Positions 9,181 to 20,900 of a DNA stretch of 64,000 nt are shown here, piece after piece (positions within the stretch are counted from its first letter, which is position 1; every line of letters begins with the position of its first letter). The translations under genes and the position numbers were made by a program. Under the pieces are notes generated by a model. That model searched no databases. It saw only the letters and a program-made list of their open reading frames with translations, and had not been told where the DNA came from. The stretch is from Schleiferiaceae bacterium (GTDB lineage Bacteria > Bacteroidota > Bacteroidia > Flavobacteriales > Schleiferiaceae), in contig CBDBET010000005.1 of assembly GCA_965204625.1 (NCBI GenBank), forward strand, positions 112,385 to 176,384. The letters are read 5' to 3'.

Positions 9181-9207
9181 GGGGGACCTCGAGTCCCCTC
9201 TTTTATT
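9181..9207 (+). promoter_or_regulatory. terminator-like hairpin in the rimP-nusA-infB leader (possible attenuator)
   Basis: GGGGAC-CTCGA-GTCCCC followed by TCTTTTATT. It is 12-38 nt upstream of the rimP ATG and downstream of a TAnnTTTG box. Confidence 0.45.
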
Positions 9208-9218
9208 GGCGGTAATTT

Positions 9219-9659
9219 ATGGAATACGACAAAGTAGCAAAAGCGTTGACTACGGCGGCAGATGAAAACGATGCCTTTTTGGTTGATCTCGAAATCAAGC
9301 CCAACAACGTTATTGTTGCCTACGTAGACGCGGATACTGGATTGACCATTGAGCAAATTAAAATGATCAATCGCAAAGTGGAATCGTTATTAGACCGAGA
9401 TGAAGAAGATTTTAATCTAACGGTAAGTAGCCCAGATTTAACGCGTCCCCTTAAAATTTGGCGTCAGTACAAAAAGAATGAAGGTCGCTTTTTGAAAGTG
9501 AAATACGACGATAGAGCGGACGAAGGTCAACTCATCGAGGTTGCTGAAGAGTACATTTTGCTTAGTGTGCCTCAGAAAAAGAAGAGTGACCCCAACAAAG
9601 AATTAAAAATTGAATTCACTGCGCTTACCGAAGCGAAAGTGGCAATTAAGTTTAAATAG
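9219..9659 (+). CDS. rimP: ribosome maturation factor RimP
   Basis: 146-aa ORF immediately upstream of nusA-infB, the conserved operon order. The size and pattern (FLVDLEIKPNNVIVAYVDADTGLTIEQ) fit RimP. Confidence 0.85.
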   Translation: MEYDKVAKALTTAADENDAFLVDLEIKPNNVIVAYVDADTGLTIEQIKMINRKVESLLDRDEEDFNLTVSSPDLTRPLKIWRQYKKNEGRFLKVKYDDRADEGQLIEVAEEYILLSVPQKKKSDPNKELKIEFTALTEAKVAIKFK

Positions 9660-9678
9660 GATTAGTCAGATATAAACA

Positions 9679-10926
9679 ATGGAAAATCAGGCGATTATTG
9701 AAAGCTTCCTCGCGTTTAAGGAGGAGAAAAATATCGACAGAATTACGCTCATGGCATTCATCGAAGAGGCCTTTCGCAATCAATTGCGCAAGAAGTACGA
9801 AGACGATGAGAACTTTGATGTGATTGTTAACCCAGATAAGGGTGATTTGGAGATTTGGCGTAACCGTACGGTAGTTGAAGACGGTGCAGTGGAGGACGAT
9901 AACATGGAAATCGAACTTAGCGCTGCGTTGAAGATTGAGCCAGATTACGAAGTAGGTGAAGAAGTTTCTGAAGAGGTTAAATTAATCGATTTAGGACGCC
10001 GATTCATTTTGGCATTCCGTCAAAACCTAGTGAGTCGTATTCAAGAGCATGATAGCTCTGAACTGTTCAAGCGTTACAAAGATTTAGAAGGTGAAATAAT
10101 TACAGGCGAGGTGCACCACGTGCGTCACCGAGAAGTCATCGTTTACGACGACGAAGGAAATGAGTTGATTCTTCCAAAAGACCAAATGATTGGTGAGCGT
10201 GAGTTCTTCCGTAAAGGCGATCCAATCCGTGCTGTTGTTAAAGAAGTGGTATTCCGAGGAACAAAACCAGTGGTGATCATGTCTCGTACGGATGAGCGTT
10301 TCTTGGCTAAATTATTTGAGCAGGAAATCCCGGAGGTATACGACGGTTTGATCACAATCAAAGGTGTGGTGCGTATTCCTGGTGAAAAAGCGAAAGTTGC
10401 AGTTGAATCGTACGACGATAGAATTGACCCTGTAGGTGCCTGTGTGGGTATGAAGGGATCACGTATTCATTCAATCGTTCGTGAATTGCGTAACGAGAAC
10501 ATTGATGTAATCAACTATACTACGAACTTGCAATTGTACATCCAGCGTGCATTAAGCCCCGCAAAAGTGACTAGCCTCAACATTGATGAGGAAGCCGGTC
10601 GCGTAGAGGCTTTTTTAGCTCCGGATCAGGTGAGTTTAGCTATTGGTCGTGGTGGTACCAACATTCGCCTTGCTAGTAAATTAGTAAGTATGGAGATTGA
10701 CGTCTACCGCGATGATATTGAAATCGAGGACGATATTGAATTGGATCAATTCTCTGATGAGATTGAAGCATGGGTTATCGCAGAATTGAAAAAGATTGGA
10801 TGTGATACTGCGAAGAGCGTGTTGAAATTGACCAAAGAGGAATTGGTTTCACGTGCGGATTTGGAAGTTGAGACGGCAGAACACATCCTAAACGTACTTC
10901 AGAAAGAATTCGAAGACGAAGAATAA
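9679..10926 (+). CDS. nusA: transcription termination/antitermination factor NusA
   Basis: 415 aa with an S1 region (GEIITGEVHHVRHREVIVYDDEG) and KH region (DPVGACVGMKGSRIHSIVRELRNENIDVI, LAIGRGGTNIRLASKL). Confidence 0.97.
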   Translation: MENQAIIESFLAFKEEKNIDRITLMAFIEEAFRNQLRKKYEDDENFDVIVNPDKGDLEIWRNRTVVEDGAVEDDNMEIELSAALKIEPDYEVGEEVSEEVKLIDLGRRFILAFRQNLVSRIQEHDSSELFKRYKDLEGEIITGEVHHVRHREVIVYDDEGNELILPKDQMIGEREFFRKGDPIRAVVKEVVFRGTKPVVIMSRTDERFLAKLFEQEIPEVYDGLITIKGVVRIPGEKAKVAVESYDDRIDPVGACVGMKGSRIHSIVRELRNENIDVINYTTNLQLYIQRALSPAKVTSLNIDEEAGRVEAFLAPDQVSLAIGRGGTNIRLASKLVSMEIDVYRDDIEIEDDIELDQFSDEIEAWVIAELKKIGCDTAKSVLKLTKEELVSRADLEVETAEHILNVLQKEFEDEE

Positions 10927-10947
10927 GAAAACACCTAAAGACACTCT

Positions 10948-13713
10948 ATGAGTAGCGTCAGATTAAGTAAAGCGACAAAAGAGCTTAACATTTCCTTAGA
11001 CCGTGCGGTGGAGGAATTGGCTAAACACGGCCATGAAATTCCAAACAACCGGAACCATAAAATCACGAACGATCAGTACGAGGTTTTGATGACGGCGTTT
11101 GCCGATGACCTTGCGCGGAAAAAGCGCTCAGAAGAGGTAAGTCAGCAAGTGAAGGAGGAAAAAGAAATTCTAAGGGGGACGAAGGATACGGTTGAAGCAC
11201 CCATTGAAGAAGCCGCCACTGCTCCTGTGGAGAATGCCCCAGTAGTTGAAGCTCCAAAAGAAGTGGCTCCTGAAAAACTCGAAACTGTTGCAGAAGAGGT
11301 TCAAGAAACGTCAGAATCACCTGAACCAGCGATAGAAGTCGAGGCAAAAAATGAGGCAAGCGCAGAAGCTTCACCAGAAGATAATGGTGGTCTAAAGGTG
11401 ATGGGTAAGATTGATTTAGATGCCCAGAAGCCAAAGAAAAAAGAGGCCCCGGCGAAACCGAAAAAGGTAGCGCCAACAAAAAAATCTTCAGGTGCTGGTG
11501 CGCATAATGCACCGAAGCCGGTTGAGCCAGCCCCTGCGAATGAAGAGGCTCCACAAACGCCGGAGGATCAAGAAATCAGAACAAAATATGTTAAGATTGA
11601 CGGACCTAAGTTCACAGGACAGAAAATTGTCCTCCCGGTAGAAAAGCCAAAGGAGAACAAGAAGAAGCGTACGCGCATCAAGAAGCAGGGTCCAGGTGGT
11701 GCAACGCCCGCGCAAAATGATCCGAAAAATCGCAACAATAATCGCGGTCCTCAAAAGAGAGGTCCAGCTGGTGGTCGCGGACGCAAACAGCCCGTTGTCG
11801 CGAAGCAAGAGTTGACAGACGAACAAATCCAAAAGCAGATCAAGGAAACCCTTGAAAAGCTTACTTCTGGAAAGAAAAATAAAGGCGCTAAAATTCGTCG
11901 TGATAAGCGTGCTGAACGCCGTGAAAGAGAAGAACTCGCGGACATTCAAGCAGCCGAAGAAAGCAAAGTATTACAGGTAACGGAATTCGTTACTGTTACG
12001 GAGCTTGCGAACATGATGGATGTTTCAGTGAACGAAGTCATTGGTTCATTGATGGGCGTAGGCGTGATGGTAACGATGAACCAGCGTTTGGACGCAGAGA
12101 TGCTCGAGATGGTGGCGGAAGAGTTTGGCTACAGTGTCAATTTCGTCGATGAAGAGGTTACCGAAACATTCCTTGAAGAAGAGGATAAAGAAGAAGACTT
12201 AAAGCCGCGTTCGCCGATTGTAACGGTAATGGGACACGTTGATCACGGTAAGACTTCTTTATTAGATTACGTACGTAAAGCAAACGTCATAGCCGGTGAA
12301 GCAGGGGGTATTACCCAGCACATTGGAGCCTATAGTGTGAAAGTGCACACAGGACAGACCATCACGTTCTTAGATACGCCAGGTCACGAGGCCTTTACGG
12401 CGATGCGTGCACGTGGTGCTCAAGTCACTGATATCGCGATTATCGTAGTAGCTGCAGATGATGCAGTTATGCCACAGACGAAAGAGGCCATTTCACACGC
12501 GCAAGCAGCAGGTGTACCTATCGTTATTGCGATCAACAAAGTTGACCGTGATGTTGCAAATCCGAATAAGATTAAAGAGCAATTAGCACAAGAGAATGTT
12601 CTAGTTGAAGATTGGGGCGGTAGCGTGCAGTGTCAAGAGATTTCAGCTAAAACGGGTCTGAACATTGAAGAACTACTGGATAAGGTGATCTTAGAAGCAG
12701 AAATGCTTGATTTGAAAGCCAATCCTGCCAAGAACGCAAGTGGTACTATTGTAGAAGCTTCATTAGATAAAGGGCGCGGATACATGTGTACTGCATTGAT
12801 TCAGTCGGGAACCATGAATGTGGGTGATTACGTACTTGCCGGTCAATACAGCGGTAAAGTGAAAGCCATGTTGGATGAACGCGGCAATCGTATTAAAGTA
12901 GCCGGTCCTTCTACCCCAGTGAATCTGTTAGGTTTGGACGGAGCGCCAACTTCTGGAGATCGTTTCATCATCATGGACGACGAAAGGGAGGCGAAACAAA
13001 TTGCGCAAAAACGTCTGCAGTTGCAGCGTGAACAAAGTGTTCGTTCGCAGAAACAGATGACGCTAGAAGAAATCGGACGCCGTTTGAAGGTAGGAGACTT
13101 CCAAGAGCTCAATATCATCCTCAAGGGTGATGTGGACGGTTCGGTTGAAGCGCTTTCTGATTCGCTGCAAAAATTAACCACTGAAGAAATTCAAGTAAAC
13201 ATCATTCACAAGGGTGTGGGTCAGATTTCTGAAAGTGACGTATTGCTAGCGACAGCTTCTCAAGCCATATTAGTCGGTTTCCAGGTTCGCCCTTCTGCAC
13301 AAGCACGCAAGCTTGCTGAGAAGGAAGAAGTAGAAATCCGCATGTATTCTATCATCTATGACGCCATCAATGAAATTCGCGATGCCATGGAAGGCATGCT
13401 TTCCGCTGAAGTCAAAGAAGAGATTAAGGGTACGGCAGAGATTCGTGAGACGTTTAAGATTTCTAAGGTTGGAACCATCGCAGGATGTATGGTTACTGAT
13501 GGTGTAATCGAGCGTAGTAATGATGTGCGCATCATTCGTGATGGTGTAGTTGTTTACACCGGAAAACTTGGTTCACTCAAGCGTTTCAAGGACGATGCAA
13601 AAGAAGTTCGTCAAGGCTTCGAATGTGGTCTTAACATTGAAAAATTCAATGATATCAAAGTTGGAGATGTCGTAGAGGCGTTTGGATTCACAGAGGTCAA
13701 GCGTACGCTCTAA
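10948..13713 (+). CDS. infB: translation initiation factor IF-2
   Basis: 921 aa. Low-complexity Ala/Pro/Lys/Glu N-terminal region, then a GTPase domain ([28 protein letters not shown]) and IF-2 C-terminal domains. Confidence 0.98.
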   Translation: MSSVRLSKATKELNISLDRAVEELAKHGHEIPNNRNHKITNDQYEVLMTAFADDLARKKRSEEVSQQVKEEKEILRGTKDTVEAPIEEAATAPVENAPVVEAPKEVAPEKLETVAEEVQETSESPEPAIEVEAKNEASAEASPEDNGGLKVMGKIDLDAQKPKKKEAPAKPKKVAPTKKSSGAGAHNAPKPVEPAPANEEAPQTPEDQEIRTKYVKIDGPKFTGQKIVLPVEKPKENKKKRTRIKKQGPGGATPAQNDPKNRNNNRGPQKRGPAGGRGRKQPVVAKQELTDEQIQKQIKETLEKLTSGKKNKGAKIRRDKRAERREREELADIQAAEESKVLQVTEFVTVTELANMMDVSVNEVIGSLMGVGVMVTMNQRLDAEMLEMVAEEFGYSVNFVDEEVTETFLEEEDKEEDLKPRSPIVTVMGHVDHGKTSLLDYVRKANVIAGEAGGITQHIGAYSVKVHTGQTITFLDTPGHEAFTAMRARGAQVTDIAIIVVAADDAVMPQTKEAISHAQAAGVPIVIAINKVDRDVANPNKIKEQLAQENVLVEDWGGSVQCQEISAKTGLNIEELLDKVILEAEMLDLKANPAKNASGTIVEASLDKGRGYMCTALIQSGTMNVGDYVLAGQYSGKVKAMLDERGNRIKVAGPSTPVNLLGLDGAPTSGDRFIIMDDEREAKQIAQKRLQLQREQSVRSQKQMTLEEIGRRLKVGDFQELNIILKGDVDGSVEALSDSLQKLTTEEIQVNIIHKGVGQISESDVLLATASQAILVGFQVRPSAQARKLAEKEEVEIRMYSIIYDAINEIRDAMEGMLSAEVKEEIKGTAEIRETFKISKVGTIAGCMVTDGVIERSNDVRIIRDGVVVYTGKLGSLKRFKDDAKEVRQGFECGLNIEKFNDIKVGDVVEAFGFTEVKRTL

Positions 13714-13737
13714 GCCGCGATTTTTTCAGAACATAGA

Positions 13738-13773
13738 ATCCCCTGGGTGCATTTGCGTCTGGGGGATTTTTTT
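13738..13773 (+). terminator. intrinsic terminator after infB
   Basis: ATCCCCTGGGTGC-ATTT-GCGTCTGGGGGAT stem (several G-U pairs) plus TTTTTTT. The sequence is related to the hairpin at 8237-8270. Confidence 0.8.
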
Positions 13774-13802
13774 ATGACTTCGCTTTTTGCTAAAGCACAG
13801 CT

Positions 13803-15626
13803 CTACCATTTGAAGAGTAACGCTCCTACTAGGAATAACGCCCCATAAACGGCGACGATACCTCCTAACCAATACATCAATAATACGGGTGTTGAAGGAC
13901 CGTTTTTTATCTCAGGGTCATTAGAGACCTTCCAGGCCACAGGCTTCCAGGCGCCACCAGGCCGAACAGTACTGTAAAACTCTACGAGTGTGCTGCTGGA
14001 TTCAGGTGCAGTAACGAACATCACTAGTAACCAAGCAAGAGTGGTAAAGCCAACGGTAAAGAAGAAGCTGTTGGGAAATGCCCAAGCTAATCCGTAATGG
14101 GCGATTGCGTACGCGATAAAAGGAGCTACAGTAGCGGTAATTTCCGCCCATGCATTAATGCGCCACCAGTACCACCGTAGAATAAGGACTAAGCCTAACC
14201 CGGCACCGCATTCCATGATAAACTGCCAAACACCAGCAATACTGCTCATCTGTGAGGTAATTAAAAGACCTAAGAATGCGAGTAAAAGAGTGGTCGCTCT
14301 CGAAACGCCTAGACTCAAGCGCCGTGGTGCATTGGGTCGCAGAAAACGTAAATAGAAGTCATTGATTAAGTAGGATGCTCCCCAATTTAATTGGGTGGAC
14401 ATTGTAGACATATATGCAGCAAAGAAAGAGGCAAGCAGCATGCCTAAAATTCCCGTAGGGAGGTAATCCCGCATGATGAAAATATAACCAAACCTGTAGT
14501 CTTGCTGATACTTTAATGCCTCAGGAAGCCGCTCCCCATAAATAGGTTCCCATGTAGCGACCCATTGTGTATATTCAGATTGTTGTTCTGAGGTAAGCGG
14601 TTCACAATCATAGATGCCTGTGAGGCATTCGTAGTTGATAAAATCCGGTGTTTGTTCTGCGAGATTGTTCTGACCGCCATACAAAGCGATAGCGCTCAAC
14701 GCGACGATGATCCATGGCCAAGGACGCACTGCGTAGTGGCCAATTTGAAAAAGCGCACTTGCTAAAAACGAGCTCCGTTCGTCTTTAGTAGATAGCATTC
14801 GTTGTGCACTGTAACCTCCGCCACCAGGCTCTGCTCCTGGGTACCAAGAGGTCCACCACACCATCCCGAAGAAAGCAAGGAATGAGGCCAATGAGATTTG
14901 GTACCTCCCACCGCTTTCACCGTCGCCAATGGACGGTAGAAAGGAGAAAGTCTCCTCAGGCAGCGCCGCGCGAAGGCCGGTTAGGCCGCCAATCTCTGGT
15001 GATTTTAACACATAAAAAGCCAAGGCGATTGAGCCAGACATGGCCAAAACGAATTGGAAAACATCCGTATATACGACTCCTTTAAGCCCGGAAAAACTGA
15101 CGTAAAAAACTACGATTAGTAGCGCAACCCCAGTCCAGGCAAAAGCAGATTCGTGTGTCATCCCAAAGAAACCTTCGAGAAGGGTAATCATTGCAACATT
15201 TACCCATCCCATGATGAGAACGTTCATGATGCCCCCTAGGTACATGGCTTTAAATCCGCGAAGCAAAGCTGCAGGACGTCCGGAGTATCTAAATTCAATG
15301 AACTCTACTTCAGTGGTTAGTCCGGAGCGGCGCCATAATCGGGCAAAAAAGACTGTGGTCAGCATCCCACCTGCAAGTAAGTTCCACCAAAGCCAGTTCC
15401 CACTTATCCCGTATTGACCTACAAGTTCCGTTACAGCTAGAGGGGTATCTGCTGCAAAGGTAGTAGCCACCATAGAGATCCCTGCGATGTACCAGGGAAG
15501 TGATCGGCCGCCCAAAAAGTACTCACTTAAAGTCTTCTTTTTACTGCGACCGAAATACAGGCCAATCAAGACAGTAGAAAGAAGAAGAACGATAAGAACA
15601 ATGATATCCGTAGTGCTAAGAATCAT
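13803..15626 (-). CDS. sodium:solute symporter (SSS) family transporter
   Basis: 607 aa, multi-TM. The N-terminal pattern (EYFLGGRSLPWYIAGISMVATTFAADTPLAVTE) is typical of the SSS family. Confidence 0.85.
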   Translation of the reverse strand: MILSTTDIIVLIVLLLSTVLIGLYFGRSKKKTLSEYFLGGRSLPWYIAGISMVATTFAADTPLAVTELVGQYGISGNWLWWNLLAGGMLTTVFFARLWRRSGLTTEVEFIEFRYSGRPAALLRGFKAMYLGGIMNVLIMGWVNVAMITLLEGFFGMTHESAFAWTGVALLIVVFYVSFSGLKGVVYTDVFQFVLAMSGSIALAFYVLKSPEIGGLTGLRAALPEETFSFLPSIGDGESGGRYQISLASFLAFFGMVWWTSWYPGAEPGGGGYSAQRMLSTKDERSSFLASALFQIGHYAVRPWPWIIVALSAIALYGGQNNLAEQTPDFINYECLTGIYDCEPLTSEQQSEYTQWVATWEPIYGERLPEALKYQQDYRFGYIFIMRDYLPTGILGMLLASFFAAYMSTMSTQLNWGASYLINDFYLRFLRPNAPRRLSLGVSRATTLLLAFLGLLITSQMSSIAGVWQFIMECGAGLGLVLILRWYWWRINAWAEITATVAPFIAYAIAHYGLAWAFPNSFFFTVGFTTLAWLLVMFVTAPESSSTLVEFYSTVRPGGAWKPVAWKVSNDPEIKNGPSTPVLLMYWLGGIVAVYGALFLVGALLFKW

Positions 15627-15634
15627 GGCGCGGT

Positions 15635-16078
15635 TTAGTTTCGTTTGTTTGCAAAGAAATCAGTGAGCAACTTGGCGCATTCCTCGGCCATAATACCACT
15701 GGTGATTTTCGTTTTTGGATGCATGGGACCTCCGTGCTTTTGATAGCCTCTTTTTTCATCGCTTGCACCGAACACTACGTGACCCATTTGGGACCAAAAT
15801 AAGGCTCCCGCGCACATAGGACAAGGTTCCAGCGTGACGTAGAGTGTGCATTTCTGAAGGTATTTATTACCTAAGTAATTGCTCGCAGCAGTAATTGCCT
15901 GAATTTCTGCATGTGCCGTTACATCGGTAAGTAATTCTGTGAGGTTGTGGCTGCGTGCGATGATACGTCCAGCAGCTACGATTACCGCTCCAACAGGGAC
16001 TTCTCCTGCTGCTGCAGCAACCTGAGCTTCAGCCAAAGCAGCCCGCATATATACATTGTGATCGTTTAGGTCTATCAT
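15635..16078 (-). CDS. tadA: tRNA adenosine(34) deaminase TadA
   Basis: 147 aa with CDA-fold zinc motifs HAE...PCPMCAGA, and VGAVIV near the N-terminus. Confidence 0.93.
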   Translation of the reverse strand: MIDLNDHNVYMRAALAEAQVAAAAGEVPVGAVIVAAGRIIARSHNLTELLTDVTAHAEIQAITAASNYLGNKYLQKCTLYVTLEPCPMCAGALFWSQMGHVVFGASDEKRGYQKHGGPMHPKTKITSGIMAEECAKLLTDFFANKRN

Positions 16079-16116
16079 CTTCTACGCAAAATAGGGAATT
16101 GGCCCACAAGTTTGGC

Positions 16117-16124
16117 TATTTTTG
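16117..16124 (+). promoter_or_regulatory. candidate -7 box (TAnnTTTG) for aspS
   Basis: TATTTTTG, 20 nt upstream of ATG 16145. Confidence 0.4.
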
Positions 16125-16144
16125 CGTTTCAAACAATACCAAAG

Positions 16145-17902
16145 ATGTACAGATCTCATACTTGCGGCGAATTGCGTGCAACACATATAGGACAAACAGT
16201 AACGCTCGCCGGTTGGGTTCAGCGCTCGCGCGAATTGGGCGGCATGACCTTCCTTGATTTACGTGACCGTTACGGGATAACTCAGGTTGCTTTTAACGAA
16301 GAGTGGGACGCCGGTTTATTACAAGAAGCAAGAAAACTGGGCCGCGAGTGGGTAGTACAGATTGAAGGAGAGGTGATCGAGCGCCACAGCAAGAACGCTA
16401 ATATGCCTACTGGTGATGTGGAGATTAAGAGCACAAAGCTTGTGGTATTAAACGCAGCGAATACTCCTCCGTTCACTATTGAAGAAGAAAGTGATGGTGG
16501 CGAGGAGCTCCGTATGAAGTACCGCTATTTAGACTTACGTCGCGGTCCGCTACAGCGAAATTTAGCTTTGAGAAATCGTGTGAATATTGAGGTGCGCAAG
16601 TATCTAGACGCACAAGGCTTCATGGACATCGAGACGCCGTTCTTGATAAAATCTACACCAGAAGGTGCCCGCGATTTTGTAGTGCCTTCGCGTATGCAAG
16701 AAGGCAAATTCTACGCATTGCCGCAGAGCCCGCAAACCTTTAAGCAGTTGTTGATGGTTAGTGGATACGATAAGTACTACCAGATCACGCGTTGTTTCCG
16801 TGATGAAGATTTACGCGCAGACCGTCAGCCAGAGTTTACACAGATTGATTGTGAGATGGCCTTCGTAGAGCAAGAGGATATCTTAAACACCTTCGAGGGA
16901 TTGTTGCTTCACTTGTTGAAAGACGTTAAAGGTGTTGAAATTGATAGCGTACCGCGCATGACCTATGCAGAAGCGATGGAGCGCTACGGAAATGACAAGC
17001 CAGATATTCGTTTCGGGATGGAATTGGCCAACCTAAATGCACTCACTCAAAATTTAGGTTTCATGGTTTTTGACCAAGCCGAGACGGTTTTGGGTATTGC
17101 GGTTCCAGGTGCAGCGTCATGGACGCGTAAGCAGATCGATAAATTGATCGATTGGGTAAAACGCCCGGATATCGGCATGAAGGGTATGGTGTACTGTAAA
17201 GTCAATGAGGACGGTACCTACAAGAGCTCAGTAGATAAATTTTATACACAAGAACAACAAGCTGAATGGGCGAAAGCTGCTGATGCGAAGCCGGGTGATT
17301 TGATTTTGATTTTAGCAGGTGAAGAGCGTTTGACGCGCAAGGCAACTTCTGAATTGCGTCTTCACATTGCAGAGGATATGGGTCTGCGAAACCCAGAGGT
17401 TTTCGCACCGTTATGGGTAATGGACTTCCCGCTTTTAGAATGGGACGATGAAACGGAACGTTATCATGCGATGCACCACCCTTTTACTTCGCCGAAGCCC
17501 GAGGATATCGCCTTGATTGATACGGATCCAGGAAACGTTCGCGCCAATGCATATGACCTTGTGTTGAACGGTAATGAGATTGGTGGCGGTTCTATTCGTA
17601 TCCACGACAGAGCACTGCAGAGCCGCATGTTTGATTTGCTCGGATTTAGTAAGGAAGAGGCAGAGAAGCAGTTTGGTTTCTTGATGAGTGCTTTTGAATA
17701 CGGAGCTCCTCCGCACGGTGGATTGGCTTTCGGTTTTGACCGATTGGTGGCTATCCTTGGCGGTGCTGAGGTTATTCGTGATTTCATTGCTTTTCCAAAG
17801 AACAATTCCGGTAGAGATGTGATGATAGATTCACCAGCAACAATCGATACGGTTCAGCTCAATGAGTTAATGCTTATAACAACTGCGCAAACAGAAGAGT
17901 AG
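16145..17902 (+). CDS. aspS: aspartate--tRNA ligase
   Basis: [11 protein letters not shown]... start typical of AspRS, with class II motifs ([35 protein letters not shown]). The track's TTG 16112 start was rejected because a TAnnTTTG box lies at 16117-16124. Confidence 0.97.
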   Translation: MYRSHTCGELRATHIGQTVTLAGWVQRSRELGGMTFLDLRDRYGITQVAFNEEWDAGLLQEARKLGREWVVQIEGEVIERHSKNANMPTGDVEIKSTKLVVLNAANTPPFTIEEESDGGEELRMKYRYLDLRRGPLQRNLALRNRVNIEVRKYLDAQGFMDIETPFLIKSTPEGARDFVVPSRMQEGKFYALPQSPQTFKQLLMVSGYDKYYQITRCFRDEDLRADRQPEFTQIDCEMAFVEQEDILNTFEGLLLHLLKDVKGVEIDSVPRMTYAEAMERYGNDKPDIRFGMELANLNALTQNLGFMVFDQAETVLGIAVPGAASWTRKQIDKLIDWVKRPDIGMKGMVYCKVNEDGTYKSSVDKFYTQEQQAEWAKAADAKPGDLILILAGEERLTRKATSELRLHIAEDMGLRNPEVFAPLWVMDFPLLEWDDETERYHAMHHPFTSPKPEDIALIDTDPGNVRANAYDLVLNGNEIGGGSIRIHDRALQSRMFDLLGFSKEEAEKQFGFLMSAFEYGAPPHGGLAFGFDRLVAILGGAEVIRDFIAFPKNNSGRDVMIDSPATIDTVQLNELMLITTAQTEE

Positions 17903-17946
17903 AATCATACTTTTTTAGTTAATTTAGGGCACTTTAAAACCCTAAT

Positions 17947-20900
17947 ATGCTACGTAGCTTTTTAATTTCAGTAGCCTTTACCGCCACCTTCTTACAAGTC
18001 TCAGCTCAAAATCGTGAGCCGTCAACGCTCGCCCCATCGGATATTTCGTCGATGACGTGGGTAGAAGCAATGCAGGATTATCGTGTGAACTTTCATACTG
18101 TTGTGGATAAATTTAACGCGGAATTTGACGGTAAGCCTTATGAAAAAGGCCACGGCTGGAAGCAATTTAAGCGTTGGGAATACATGATGGAGGAGCGTGT
18201 TGGCGAGTCCGGCGTTCGCCCAAACCCTTCGGTTTTATATCAAGCCATTCAGCAACAACAGGCATCGAGCACAACAGAGTATGGTGAGTGGTCAGTCATG
18301 GGGCCTGTGAACGCTCCCTCAGGAGGTGGAATAGGTCGTATTAACGGCGTTGCCTTTCACCCTAACCACCACGATACTATTTATGCAGGAGCTCCAGCAG
18401 GGGGCTTATGGGTAAGTTACGATGATGGACAGAGCTGGACTACGTTTACTGACGAATTGACGAACCTGGGTGTTAGTGATCTAGCCATTGACCCTTTACA
18501 TCCAGATACCATGTACCTTGCAACAGGTGATCGTGATGCTGCTGATACATACAGTTTTGGTCTGTTGAAATCTACAGATGGTGGTACCACTTGGAACACA
18601 ACCTCCCTGTCGTGGTCTACTTCTCAGAACTATCGAATAGCACGTATTGTCGTGCATCCGGACAGTACAAATATTGTTTTGGCAGCGACAAATGCAGGTG
18701 TTTATCGCAGTACAAACTATGGTCAGAATTTCACTCTGGAGCAAAGCGGCTCCTTTTATGGAATGCGTATGGGTCATGGAGACACCGTATTTGCAACTAC
18801 AAGTGGTTCTAGTCCTAAACTTTACCGTTCACTTGATGCTGGAGACACCTGGTCACAGATGTCCAATGGCCTCCCAACAAGTGGTAAGTACCGCTGTGAG
18901 GTTGCGGTAAGTTCAGCTCCGGGTAAGGTATACCTTGTTTATGGCTCTTCAAATTATGGTTTTGGCGGGCTCTACCGCTCCACAAACGGCGGGTCAAATT
19001 GGACTTTAATGAGCTCCACTCCAAACATTATGGGCTGGTCTAATACTGGTTCGGGCTCAGGGGGTCAAGCGTGGTATGATTTAACCATTGCGTGTGATCC
19101 CAATTCTGAAAACACCATTTACGTAGGGGGAGTGAACATCTGGAAATCAACCAACGGCGGTACGAGCTGGACGTGTGCGGGACACTGGTACGGCGCAGGC
19201 TCAACACCCTATGTTCATGCTGATCACCACCATGCCGATTTTAGACCGGGCACATCTGAATTATACGTAGGAACCGATGGCGGTGTATACAAGACGACAA
19301 ACAGTGGAAGTTCTTGGAGTGATTTGAACGACGGGATGAACATCACCCAATACTATAAAATTAGCCAGAGCACTTCAGACACAGCAGTTATTTTGGCCGG
19401 TGCTCAAGACAATGGGTCCCATTTGCGCAGTACTACTGTGAATTGGTCCGAAGTCACAGGTGGCGACGGAATGGACAACGGTGTAGATGCGGTTAATGAT
19501 AACCTCATGTACACTTCTATCTATTATGGTGACTTCTACAAGAGCACGAATGGCGGCGGCTTTTTCAGCTCTATAAATACCTTGTCTGTTTCGGGCTCAG
19601 GAAACTGGGTAACTCCTTTTAATACGGATCCCGTAACAACGAATACAGTTTACGCAGGCTTCAAGAAAATATGGAAATCAACGAATGCAGGAGGCTCTTG
19701 GTCAGCTACCTCTTCAAATAATATTAGCGGTAATTCTAATATCGATGAATTTGAGGTAGCGCCGTCGAACACGAATTACATCTATACGCTCATAAACAGT
19801 AACATCTACGTCTCTACAAATGGTGGAAGCAACTGGTCCAGTATTACTCCTTCCGGCTCGATGAGCCCTTCACCGAACAACATTTCAGGTGTTGCTATTG
19901 ATCCAAATGATGAAGAACATATTGTTATTAGCATCAGCGGATATGCAGGTAACAGAAAAGTGATGGAATCTTTTAATGCAGGTTCAACATGGTCTAACCT
20001 GAGTTCAGGTTTGCCTAATGTTCCGGCAACTGCAGTAGCTTTTGAAGGGGGCTCAAGTGATGGTATATATGTAGGTACAGATATAGGTGTGTACTACACC
20101 AGCTCCAATTTTTCGAACTGGATCAGTTTTAATAAAGACTTGCCGAACGTCATTGTTTCAGATATTGAGATTTATGCAGATGATGCCCTTATTCGTATCG
20201 GTACGTTTGGACGTGGTGTTTGGCAAAGCCCATTAATGACTGGCTTTACGAATGCACCGGTTGCATCCTTTACAGCAGATCCCCTGTCTACCTGTTCTTT
20301 AGGCGATACTATTTCGCTTATGGATCTTATCAAGCGGACTACCGACTTCTTGGTATTGGCAGATTACACCCTCAACTTACAGCTTTACAGGAGGGACCAG
20401 CGATAGTTCCCAATTCCCAAAAGTGGTCTTTAATGCAACAGGTGCATATACGGTGACCTTAACGGCAAGCAATAATTACGGAACAGACGATACAACAGCC
20501 TTTCAGATTCTAGGTGTGGGTGGTGCGCCGTTACCATTTACAGAAGACTTCGAGTCTGGGCTCTCCGGTTGGGAGATTGCTAATCCTGATGCTGGAATCA
20601 CCTGGTCTGCTGCGACAATAAATGGAACAAGCCCAGGAAGTACTGCGATGACGATCAATCATTATTCCTACAGTACCACGGGCGCTTTAGATGAATTAAT
20701 AAGTCCTGCGCTTGACTTTACGAACGATACGTTAATTAATCTAGAATTTGAGTATGCCTCAGCGTATTATTCCAGCGGTTACAAGGATAGTTTGAAAGGT
20801 GTACGTGAGTGACGATTGTGGCTCTACTTGGGATTTAGTGGCTGCTTACGACGGTTCTGACGCCAGTTTCACTACAGCAGGAGCAGTTACCTCAGCATTT

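Noticed and set aside
9120-9356. 78-aa minus-strand ORF spanning the rimP leader and start.
   Set aside because: It overlaps rimP and its promoter/leader, has no features, and is not compatible with the conserved rimP-nusA-infB arrangement.
11063-11949. Long antisense ORFs (163, 153 and 64 aa) opposite the 5' part of infB.
   Set aside because: They lie opposite the low-complexity Ala/Pro/Lys/Glu-coding region of IF-2, where stop codons are depleted on the reverse strand. Their translations are low-complexity Leu/Pro/Ser strings with no domain features.
16112-16144. TTG start codon for aspS given by the ORF track.
   Set aside because: The extra 11 residues ([11 protein letters not shown]) are not AspRS-like. 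A TAnnTTTG box (16117-16124) lies inside them. ATG 16145 gives the canonical [12 protein letters not shown]-terminus.
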